This document shows positions 19,409 to 27,931 of a stretch of 64,000 bases of DNA, piece by piece. Position 1 is the stretch's first letter. Each line of letters starts with the position of its first letter. The DNA lies in contig CBFHOE010000011.1 of NCBI GenBank assembly GCA_965657355.1, positions 32,001-96,000 on the forward strand. Direction: 5' to 3'. This DNA comes from Limisphaerales bacterium. GTDB taxonomy: Bacteria > Verrucomicrobiota > Verrucomicrobiia > Limisphaerales > JAJOIW01. The notes beneath the pieces were generated by a model. That model did no database searches and was not told the origin of the DNA. It worked only from the letters and a program-made list of their open reading frames with translations. Made by a program: the position numbers and the translations under genes.

Positions 19409-21013
19409 TTATTCGATCGTCGTTTGGCTACTCGCCAGGGGCTCTATTTGCCCACCTTTGATAGTAGTAGAGCTATTCTCTTGCGTGTCACTGACCAAGT
19501 GTTGTTTTGAGCCAAAAAAACTACTCTCTGCGTTTTTCAATGTCTCATACTGAGCAATAAGGCCAGCATCATTTTTTTCATAAAGCTGTGCCTGATAAGC
19601 AACGTTTTCAAGAGTCCTTATGAATCTTTGATATTTTGCCCAAGATTTTTCGAGCGACAACCTTTTCCTTTCAACTTTTGATTTATCTTCGAGATATTTA
19701 AGGAGTTCCTTGAATGATTTTAAATTCTCGATTCTCTTTACGAACACATCACTCTTATCGGTGAGAAATCTAACTGACTCTGGTGAATGAATATTATTTA
19801 GCTCTGGCCATGTGAACTGAAGAATTCTTTTAGTGGCACCTTTTGCACGATTTATTTTGCTAGAAAGCTGCTTTGATTCATCAGCTAATTTCTTCCTCTG
19901 TTCTTGAATTTGATCTGATTTCTTTTTTGCTGAATCGTATTTGTGTAAACCTGAAATATTAAGTTCGTAGGAAAGCCCGTCGAGTATAGCTAATTCAATG
20001 GGTTCGGCTGATTTAATTAATGAATAATAAGGAGTTGATGGCAAGAATTTTGAGTCTCTTACGGAATGGTTCTTGGAAAACCTTCTCAACCAAGAATCTG
20101 AAGTTTTTACAGGTATATCGATCGTTTTGGATTCAATTAGTGTGTAGGCATGTGCTTCGGCAAAGGACGTTCTACCATCTCCGTCAAAATCAGTTAACTC
20201 GATGTCCTCGTCCATGCGGGATTTCCCGCGTATAGCAGCCCAAAAATGACTAGAGTATTCTTGATAATTTTTTTCATTAATATCTGGAGTGCAGCCCGCA
20301 GCAACGCGGTTATGAACTGTTGAATAAAATCCGCAAATGTTGCGATTTGTCAGTTTATTAGATTCCAAAGCCTCTTGAAAAATTAGATGAGAGAATCCGC
20401 CTGAATAGCATTGAACCATGACAATAATGACATCGACATTGTCTGGAAGGGACCCTATGTGAGAGGAGAGTTTTTTCACATCAATGAATTGGCCTCCCCA
20501 TAAATACAAACGAGTATTATATTTATTTTTTTTATCCAAAGATTTTCCACCGTGAGCGGTTGCGTATATGAACAACCTGTCGCCCTCTTCTATGCGGCCT
20601 TTGGATTCAGCAAACCATTGGTCGATGGATTTGTTGTCACTCATGCCATCGACATTTTCGAGAGAAGAATTTCTATACCTTAGGTTCAATTTACTTAAGG
20701 AACCAAAAATGGTGGCCATATACCGATTCGCTTTCGGTATATCATTCATGGGAACCATATATTGAATATCTGATTCAGGCCTTTGACCATCTGCAAAATA
20801 TAAATCGTGAGATTGGGAGCTCGGGTAACTCTCGGCGAGTAATTTTCTGAAAAAAACAACATTCTTTTCGAGGGACACTTGATTACCACTGGGAGAATAG
20901 CCGCCGCCTATGATTAAAAAATGATCCTGGCCAGATTGGACTAGGGGGGAGAAAATCATAAGTATGGCGAAAAAAATGAAATAACTGGTGGTTCGTGTCA
21001 TGGCAATTTTCAT
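19409..21013 (-). CDS. Secreted protein with putative clan CD (C13/caspase-like) cysteine peptidase domain
   Basis: Signal peptide; 'LFIYATAHGG' and 'IVMVQCYSGGF' dyad pattern; EF-hand-like 'DFDGDGRTSFAE'; coiled-coil C-terminus. Confidence 0.6.
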   Translation of the reverse strand: MKIAMTRTTSYFIFFAILMIFSPLVQSGQDHFLIIGGGYSPSGNQVSLEKNVVFFRKLLAESYPSSQSHDLYFADGQRPESDIQYMVPMNDIPKANRYMATIFGSLSKLNLRYRNSSLENVDGMSDNKSIDQWFAESKGRIEEGDRLFIYATAHGGKSLDKKNKYNTRLYLWGGQFIDVKKLSSHIGSLPDNVDVIIVMVQCYSGGFSHLIFQEALESNKLTNRNICGFYSTVHNRVAAGCTPDINEKNYQEYSSHFWAAIRGKSRMDEDIELTDFDGDGRTSFAEAHAYTLIESKTIDIPVKTSDSWLRRFSKNHSVRDSKFLPSTPYYSLIKSAEPIELAILDGLSYELNISGLHKYDSAKKKSDQIQEQRKKLADESKQLSSKINRAKGATKRILQFTWPELNNIHSPESVRFLTDKSDVFVKRIENLKSFKELLKYLEDKSKVERKRLSLEKSWAKYQRFIRTLENVAYQAQLYEKNDAGLIAQYETLKNAESSFFGSKQHLVSDTQENSSTTIKGGQIEPLASSQTTIE

Positions 21014-21070
21014 TTGTATAGCCTAAATTTGCATAAGATGTTCCAATTGACGATATGTAAAATTATCAAT

Positions 21071-22120
21071 CTATTCGTTGATCCCCGACTCAGATATTTC
21101 TATCAGCGTTTTCTGGACGACTAAATCATGCTCAGGTGACCAATTAAACTTACTTTTTCCAGCGATACACTGAGCGAGATCCTGGAAATCTCGAGCATAG
21201 GATCGATTTGAATGAGGCAATTGGATTTTGCGAACTCCTTTTTGAAAATCTTCCTGGTCTTTTTCGAGGTATAAGGTAAACGACCCAGATTCGAGTGGAT
21301 GAATATCCATACCACCATGCGTTCCGAAAATCGAAAACCTTCTTTTGGCAAATCCAAATGGATCATTATGACTACACCTCAAGGTGACTATGGCTTTATC
21401 GTATTCGAGGATACCCAACTGATGGTCAGGAAGACGGTCTCCCATGGCTAATTTTGTTTGCTTATTCACCCCTAGGACAGTGTTTGGCTTTCCTAAAATT
21501 GAAATCACAGGATCCAATATATTTCCAGCTAGCTCAAAAAAGCCTCCTCCGCGATATTGTCCCAAATTATGCCTCAAGCTCTGATCTGCCCGCTTTCCCA
21601 TCGAGGCGTCTATTTCTAATATATCACCGAACCAACCACCCCTAACTGCCCGTGACATAAATTGAAAAACAGGATTGTACCTCAATACATACCCAAGTTG
21701 TATAATGAGTTTTTTTCTATTGGAAATTTTGAATAAATCTTGGAGATCTTTTAAATTTGTTCCAGCTGGCTTATCAAGGTGAAGGTGGCACCCTTTTTGT
21801 GCGAACTTAATGCCAATTTTGGCAATGTCTTTTACGTCAGTCTCAACGACAACCAAATCCAATTGTTTTTCATCCAGAAGTTGTTTTTCTGTGAGCCAAT
21901 TCACACCTTTTACTTTTTCCCGAAGCTTAGTGTCAGGCTCCACGACACCCACAATCTCATAGGTCTCTGAAAGTTGTTTAAGGGCTTTCAATTTTCCAAA
22001 GGCGTGCGGATGCTTTAATCCAACCTGCCCGACACGAATTTTAGATCCGGTTGAAGCAAAACTACTGACACAAAATGGGGTCGCAAGTGTCAGTCCCATG
22101 AATAGTTTTCGGTTGATCAT
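21071..22120 (-). CDS. Gfo/Idh/MocA family oxidoreductase, probably exported
   Basis: 'HLHLDKPAG', 'QLGYVLRYNP', 'GGGFFEL'. Start moved to ATG 22120 ('MINRKLF', Tat-like leader). Confidence 0.85.
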   Translation of the reverse strand: MINRKLFMGLTLATPFCVSSFASTGSKIRVGQVGLKHPHAFGKLKALKQLSETYEIVGVVEPDTKLREKVKGVNWLTEKQLLDEKQLDLVVVETDVKDIAKIGIKFAQKGCHLHLDKPAGTNLKDLQDLFKISNRKKLIIQLGYVLRYNPVFQFMSRAVRGGWFGDILEIDASMGKRADQSLRHNLGQYRGGGFFELAGNILDPVISILGKPNTVLGVNKQTKLAMGDRLPDHQLGILEYDKAIVTLRCSHNDPFGFAKRRFSIFGTHGGMDIHPLESGSFTLYLEKDQEDFQKGVRKIQLPHSNRSYARDFQDLAQCIAGKSKFNWSPEHDLVVQKTLIEISESGINE

Positions 22121-22332
22121 AATATTATTTTTTAAATTTTTTGTGAGTGACATGAGGACGTCGACATGCTGCGAAACTATAAAGCAATGTCTGATAATAA
22201 AAAAGATTCTGATAAAAATAATCCGGTATGGGCCGGGCATTATTTTGATTGAAAGAATTTAAAGCATGCATAAATCACTATCAATTCTTCTCAGATCTTG
22301 AGACACCATGAAATAAGCCATATATTTTATCG

Positions 22333-23217
22333 ATGCAGCGACAGGATCTACAAGATTTACATCCTCCCAAGGCCTCATGGTTAGAATTAGTCATTATGGC
22401 ACTAAGCGAAGATATCGGCGAAGGTGATGTAACTTCACAATCAACGGTTGACTCGCACCTCAAAGCATCAGCGAATATGACGGCGCGCGAGGACATGACT
22501 ATATGCGGTGTTAATATTGCAGGCGCTGCATTCCATCAACTAGACTCAAATATGGAGATTGAGACACTGTATGGTGATGGTTCGATAGTCAAGGCGGGAC
22601 AAGTGATAATGAAAATAAATGGAAGAGCTCGAGAGATTCTAACCGCGGAAAGAGTTGCTCTTAATTTCATCCAACATTTAAGTGGTATCGCGACTAAAAC
22701 GAGTCACTTTTGTTCCTTTCTCCAAGGCTTGGATACAAAATTACTGGATACGAGGAAAACAACGCCCGGATTGAGACTACTCGAGAAGTATGCGGTTCTA
22801 TGCGGCGGTGGAACTAATCACAGGGTCGGATTATTTGACATGGTAATGATCAAAGACAATCACCTTCAAGCACTACAGCAGATAACTGACGCAGCCATTA
22901 AAACTGCCGTGGAAAAAGCGCGTCAAGCCCATCCCGATTTAAAAATTGAAGTTGAAGCAGATAATTTAAATCAAGTGAGAAATGCAGTTGATGCTGGGGC
23001 TGACATCATTCTTTTGGACAATATGAGCTTGGAACAAATGAAAGCAGCGGTGCAAATTTGCAAAGATAAATGCAAAACAGAAGCAAGTGGAGGAATTACC
23101 GAGAATTCGTTGAGACAAATAGCCGAAAGTGGGGTTGATTTTATCTCATCCGGAGCACTTACTCATTCTGCAAGAAATGTAGATATTGGTTTGGACTTTC
23201 AAATGCACAAATATTGA
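22333..23217 (+). CDS. nadC: Quinolinate phosphoribosyltransferase
   Basis: 'EDIGEGDVTS', 'ERVALNF..LSGIAT', 'DTRKTTPGLR', 'IKDNH', 'LLDNM', 'EASGGI', 'GALTHS'. Confidence 0.97.
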   Translation: MQRQDLQDLHPPKASWLELVIMALSEDIGEGDVTSQSTVDSHLKASANMTAREDMTICGVNIAGAAFHQLDSNMEIETLYGDGSIVKAGQVIMKINGRAREILTAERVALNFIQHLSGIATKTSHFCSFLQGLDTKLLDTRKTTPGLRLLEKYAVLCGGGTNHRVGLFDMVMIKDNHLQALQQITDAAIKTAVEKARQAHPDLKIEVEADNLNQVRNAVDAGADIILLDNMSLEQMKAAVQICKDKCKTEASGGITENSLRQIAESGVDFISSGALTHSARNVDIGLDFQMHKY

Positions 23218-23228
23218 TCCTTTGACTC

Positions 23229-24218
23229 ATGTCTACTGATACGGCCATTATTAAGACCCTGCGCGAGGTATATCCTATGGGAATTTCCGGAACCGAACTG
23301 GCAAATCGATTGGGCATTACTAGGGGAGCCATATGGGCGAGAATTGATATTTTGAGATCAGCTGGGTTTGAAATAGAAGCGAGTCCTCATATCGGCTACC
23401 GTTTGATTAAATCTCCGGAAAAGTTGATTGGAGATGACATCTCCTCACAACTCAGTAGTGATTGCCTGATAGGACGAAGGATCCATGTGTATAAGGAAAC
23501 AACCTCAACAAATGAAATAGCCGATAAGCTCGCACGAGGAGGAGCCCCGAATGGGACCGTTGTTATGGCTGAAAATCAAACATCGGGTAAAGGAAGATTA
23601 GGGAGAAGCTGGGCATCACGTGATGGAAAGTCTCTTCTTTTCTCAATTATCTTATATCCGGATGTTAGTGCTGAGGAGGTCTCCAAACTCACCCTGCTTA
23701 CGGCTTGGTCAATTACAAAATGCCTACGAACCTTAACTAGCAAACCATTTGAAATTAAATGGCCTAATGATATTTTTTATCAGGGGAAAAAAGTAGCCGG
23801 AATTTTAACTGAATTACGTGCTGACATGGATAAGGTTCACTACACAATCGTGGGAGTCGGAATGAACGTCCAACAAACGATGGATGACTTTCCAAAAGAG
23901 ATTCAAGAATCGGCGGCATCTCTTTATCAGGTAACTGGATCGAATTTAATCAGATCCTCCTTATCTGCTAATCTTTTTGAATACCTGTCGGAAGCTCTTG
24001 TGGCATATAAAAATGAAGGGTTCGAAAGAATCTTAAGCGATTTAAAATCATATTCTTGTACGCTCGGAAAGTGGATTGAGCTACGAGTCGGAAATAATGT
24101 TTATAGCGGAAGGGCTGAATCGATTGATTCCTCAGGTGGGCTATTGGTTAGAACAGAGTCGGGAAAGCTGAAAAACTTTAATGGAGGAGAAGTAACCTCA
24201 CAAATCAATATGGGATAA
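23229..24218 (+). CDS. birA: Bifunctional biotin--[acetyl-CoA carboxylase] ligase / biotin repressor
   Basis: N-terminal wHTH 'SGTELANRLGITRGAIW'; 'TSTN', 'QTSGKGRLGRSW', 'KWPND', 'KVAGIL'. Confidence 0.95.
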   Translation: MSTDTAIIKTLREVYPMGISGTELANRLGITRGAIWARIDILRSAGFEIEASPHIGYRLIKSPEKLIGDDISSQLSSDCLIGRRIHVYKETTSTNEIADKLARGGAPNGTVVMAENQTSGKGRLGRSWASRDGKSLLFSIILYPDVSAEEVSKLTLLTAWSITKCLRTLTSKPFEIKWPNDIFYQGKKVAGILTELRADMDKVHYTIVGVGMNVQQTMDDFPKEIQESAASLYQVTGSNLIRSSLSANLFEYLSEALVAYKNEGFERILSDLKSYSCTLGKWIELRVGNNVYSGRAESIDSSGGLLVRTESGKLKNFNGGEVTSQINMG

Positions 24219-24229
24219 CCGATTTTTTA

Positions 24230-25060
24230 ATGCAACCGCAACAACACATGTATTTATTGGTAGACGCAGGAAACACACATGTTCATCTAAATTTAGGTAA
24301 CGCTGGCCGAATGCACTTACCCGTTCCCCTTAAAATTAATCTGGATGAGCTTTCCTCTGAAACTGCCAATCAGTCCGTCGTAAAAATTGTCGATAAATTT
24401 AAAGAACACTCAAAGAAAGGAAACACAGAGTTTGCAGTAGTGGCTAGTGTCATTCCTTCAATGAACAAGCTGATTGAAAATTGGATTATCAAGAATTTTG
24501 GAATCCCATCGCATTTTATCTCTTACCTGAGTCCCGGAATGGTCGACCTAAACTACCCAAAACCTGAAACTATCGGAATTGATAGGCTCGCAAATGCAGT
24601 AGCTTGTGCGAAAAAAGGGAATCTTCCATCAGTAGTTGTGGATTTCGGAACGGCAACTACCTTCGATGTGATAAACAAAAATGGTGCGTACTGTGGTGGA
24701 ATTATTGCCCCGGGAATTTCTTTGATGACGGATTACCTCCATGAAAAAACAGAATTGTTGCCAAAGATTACCTTAAATAATCCAAAATCAAATATCGGAA
24801 AGTCGACCACGGAAGCCATGCAAATCGGAGCTATAGATGGCTATAAAGGATTAATCAAACAGATCCTCGAGGGTATCGGGGCTGAATTACAAAGTGATGT
24901 CCTTGATGTTATTTTCACTGGCGGGTGCACTGAAATTATTCGAATTCGTAATGAGGATCTGAATAGCGAAATAAGCTTCACAATTAGATCTCATGTTAAT
25001 CAAAATATCACGATGGAAGGGCTTGGGATTTTGGCTCCACAAATTCAGGACATTTCATGA
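24230..25060 (+). CDS. coaX: Type III pantothenate kinase
   Basis: 'VDAGNT', 'GIDR', 'VDFGTATTFD', 'GGIIAPG', 'TGG'; follows birA. Confidence 0.93.
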   Translation: MQPQQHMYLLVDAGNTHVHLNLGNAGRMHLPVPLKINLDELSSETANQSVVKIVDKFKEHSKKGNTEFAVVASVIPSMNKLIENWIIKNFGIPSHFISYLSPGMVDLNYPKPETIGIDRLANAVACAKKGNLPSVVVDFGTATTFDVINKNGAYCGGIIAPGISLMTDYLHEKTELLPKITLNNPKSNIGKSTTEAMQIGAIDGYKGLIKQILEGIGAELQSDVLDVIFTGGCTEIIRIRNEDLNSEISFTIRSHVNQNITMEGLGILAPQIQDIS

Positions 25061-25197
25061 GCATGGCCTTCAAGCCAATCATAAAAACGAAAAAAACGCC
25101 ACTCGCGATGGGGGAAAAAATACAAACCAAAAATAGTATCTTACTTTTTCTAACATTAACTTGCTTATCCTAAGCGAGGAACTCCATATTTATTAAG

Positions 25198-26004
25198 GTG
25201 AACAGAATAGTAGAGCGATTTAATAATTTAAAGAAGACCGGGAAACGGGGATTTGTGGCTTACATAGGTGCCGGAGATCCTGACATTGAGTCGACTAGAA
25301 AAATCGCTCTGGCCTTTGATAAGGTTGGAGTTGATGTTCTAGAGATGGGTGTCCCCTTTAGTGATCCTTTGGCTGACGGAATCGTCAATCAGATGGCAGC
25401 ACAAAGAGGATTAGATTCAGGAACAACACCTCAAAGTGTATTCGATTGCGCCAAATCAGTAAGAAAGGAATCCAATATCCCACTGGTATTGTATGTCTAT
25501 TTTAATTTACTCCACAGAATTGGGCTTAAAAATTTTATTGAGAAAGCTGCCGAATCTGGTATCGATGGTTTATTAGTTCTGGATCTTCCTCCTGAAGAAT
25601 CGGAAAATTACGAAAGCATTATGAGGAAATACGGGTTATGCCCCATTTACCTCATTGCTCCAACGACTCCTGATGAGAGAGTCAAAGCCATAGCAAATCG
25701 AGCATCAGGATTTATATATTATGTCTCGCGAGAAGGCGTTACCGGAATGCAGCAAAAAGTTTCTTCAAATATTGGGTCTATGACGGAACTGATACGCAAA
25801 CACTCCAGTCTACCCATCGCTGTCGGCTTTGGCATATCCAATCCCGAGCAAGCCAAAGAAGTAGCCGCAAATGCCGAGGCCATCGTAGTTGGCAGCGCCA
25901 TAGTCAACCAGATTGCAGAGCATGGAAAAGACCCAGATCTTTCCCAGAAAGTCGGAGCATTTGTCAAACAACTCGTCGAAGCAACTAAATCAATTTCTTC
26001 TTAA
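25198..26004 (+). CDS. trpA: Tryptophan synthase alpha subunit
   Basis: 'AGDPD', 'LEMGVPFSDPLADG', 'DLPPEE', 'LIAPTT', 'GVTG', 'VGFGIS', 'VVGSAIV'. GTG start. Confidence 0.97.
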   Translation: MNRIVERFNNLKKTGKRGFVAYIGAGDPDIESTRKIALAFDKVGVDVLEMGVPFSDPLADGIVNQMAAQRGLDSGTTPQSVFDCAKSVRKESNIPLVLYVYFNLLHRIGLKNFIEKAAESGIDGLLVLDLPPEESENYESIMRKYGLCPIYLIAPTTPDERVKAIANRASGFIYYVSREGVTGMQQKVSSNIGSMTELIRKHSSLPIAVGFGISNPEQAKEVAANAEAIVVGSAIVNQIAEHGKDPDLSQKVGAFVKQLVEATKSISS

Positions 26005-26007
26005 TTT

Positions 26008-26433
26008 ATGGCCGATCTAAATAATCTGACAATCCCAGAAATCATCGATAATTTTGATTTGTTTGATGATTGGGAGGACAAGTATGTTTACCTTATCGAC
26101 TTGGGCAAGAAACTCTCACCCATGCAGGATGATGATAAAAATGATGAAACAAAGATTCATGGCTGTCAGGCTGAAGTATGGGTAAAGCTGACGAAGTCAG
26201 AATGTAGTCCATCAATCATTAATCTGGAAGGTGATAGTAACTCAACAATAGTCAAAGGCTTGGTAGCTATTGCCATACTTTTGTTCTCAGGAAAATCGGC
26301 TCATGAAATCCAGTCCGTGGAAGAAAAACCCGTCTTCCAAAAACTTGGACTTGATCAATATTTGAGTCCAACTAGGAAAGTTGGACTCGCATCAATGGTT
26401 GAAAAAATCAAAAAAACAGCTAACTCTTGTTAG
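26008..26433 (+). CDS. sufE: SufE family sulfur-acceptor protein
   Basis: 'WEDKYVYLIDLGK', 'HGCQAEVW', 'IVKGL', 'LSPTR'. Confidence 0.92.
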   Translation: MADLNNLTIPEIIDNFDLFDDWEDKYVYLIDLGKKLSPMQDDDKNDETKIHGCQAEVWVKLTKSECSPSIINLEGDSNSTIVKGLVAIAILLFSGKSAHEIQSVEEKPVFQKLGLDQYLSPTRKVGLASMVEKIKKTANSC

Positions 26434-26449
26434 CTCTAGTCTTCCCTTT

Positions 26450-27829
26450 TTAAGGAATGTTGACCACCTCACCAGGGCCGGGATTATGAATCTGAATCGA
26501 GACGTTATTATGTTTAATTTTGTCTGTGAACCATTCTCGCGAGTCCAATTCCCCGTGGGCTAGAACGACATGTGATGGCTTGCGACCTATAAGCCATTCT
26601 AGTAATTCTTCTCTATTAGCATGCCCCGTAATATCAAAGCTTCTCATTTCGCATTCCCTTTCCAAATCAGGTGCCCGGGAGCTAAAATAGAATGGTTTGC
26701 TCAGCTCACTTTGTTTTAACCTTCCACCAGGAGTGGATTGGTCGGCATACCCCACAAAAAAGATTCCATGTATGGGGTCCGAACAAAGCCGTATGGCCAA
26801 ATCATGAGCGGTCGTGTTTTCATTCATCATCCCGGCTGTCGCAACAAATATCTTAGGCTTATTGAATTTTAGGGTATTTATTTTATCTGGTTTCTGTACG
26901 ACGAGATTCAAGTCTTTAGTTAGCCGCAATTCAGGAAGGTGACGTTGCGTTTTTCTGGCCAGGCCGTCATAGATTTCAGAAAATATTCTCCCTAAACCTC
27001 CGATAAAAATGGGTTGGTTTGGAATTTGGCCCTCAGAGATCATACCAGCTAACATAGCCAGCATTTCTTGAGTACGGCCCAGGGCAAAACTTGGAATTAA
27101 AACAGTCCCTCTTCTTTGACTCACTTCGATTATAGCCTCTTTTAGCTTTCTTATTTCTCGGGCTCTATTTTGAGTTTTAGAAGCATCATGGGCGCCACGA
27201 GTCGTCTCCATAATCACAATATCAGCCTCAACATCAGAAAACTGTGCTCCCTTCAATACGAGCTGATCTTGAAAAGAACAATCCCCAGTGTAAAAGATTC
27301 TTCGTCCATTTGTGGTGATGTGGATTCCAGACGCTCCCAGAGTATGTCCCGCATCATATAGTTTTATCTCAGGATGAGGGGCGCCCTTGTTTCCCAAATC
27401 AAAATAGTTACATTTGTGAATATCACCATACTCTAAGCCTTCAAAGACACTGGAAACTTCCTCTACGTATTTATTATCATAAAGAGGGTAATCTAATATT
27501 CCCATTTCATCTCTCTGCCTTTTCATGACATTAGCAGAATTGTGAAGCACTCTCTCAATAATATGCGTACTTAGTTCGCTCATCAACACACGAGCTTGAG
27601 GAAACTTTTTTATAACAAGCGGTAAAGAAGCGACATGGTCATAATGGCAATGGCTCAAAATTATGGCATCTAAGTGGTCATGTTCAATCTCATCGAGCAG
27701 TGGCATCGATTCTCTTCCGTCTAATTTTGGATGCAAACCAGCATCCAAAAGTAAGGAAAACTCCTGGTCAGATATATGCCATGCCGAGGCACCGATTTCA
27801 TTTGTAGGATTAAGATTTTTTATGACCAT
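26450..27829 (-). CDS. MBL-fold beta-CASP metallo-hydrolase (putative ribonuclease)
   Basis: 'EIGAS', 'SHCHYDH', 'AGHTLG', 'YTGD', 'FALGRTQE', 'GHA', 'AHGE'. Track ATG 27859 lies in a terminator-like hairpin, so ATG 27829 is preferred. Confidence 0.88.
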   Translation of the reverse strand: MVIKNLNPTNEIGASAWHISDQEFSLLLDAGLHPKLDGRESMPLLDEIEHDHLDAIILSHCHYDHVASLPLVIKKFPQARVLMSELSTHIIERVLHNSANVMKRQRDEMGILDYPLYDNKYVEEVSSVFEGLEYGDIHKCNYFDLGNKGAPHPEIKLYDAGHTLGASGIHITTNGRRIFYTGDCSFQDQLVLKGAQFSDVEADIVIMETTRGAHDASKTQNRAREIRKLKEAIIEVSQRRGTVLIPSFALGRTQEMLAMLAGMISEGQIPNQPIFIGGLGRIFSEIYDGLARKTQRHLPELRLTKDLNLVVQKPDKINTLKFNKPKIFVATAGMMNENTTAHDLAIRLCSDPIHGIFFVGYADQSTPGGRLKQSELSKPFYFSSRAPDLERECEMRSFDITGHANREELLEWLIGRKPSHVVLAHGELDSREWFTDKIKHNNVSIQIHNPGPGEVVNIP

Positions 27830-27847
27830 GACTAAAGTAATTAAATG

Positions 27848-27874
27848 AAAGGAACCCATTCTGGGTTCCTTTTT
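27848..27874 (-). terminator. Probable intrinsic terminator
   Basis: Inverted repeat AAAGGAACCCA-ttc-TGGGTTCCTTT downstream of the 27932..29872 gene. Confidence 0.6.
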
Positions 27875-27931
27875 AAATCTTGACTGGGTGCCAAATACTT
27901 TAATTAAAGCATGACGACACTTTTGGTTGAC

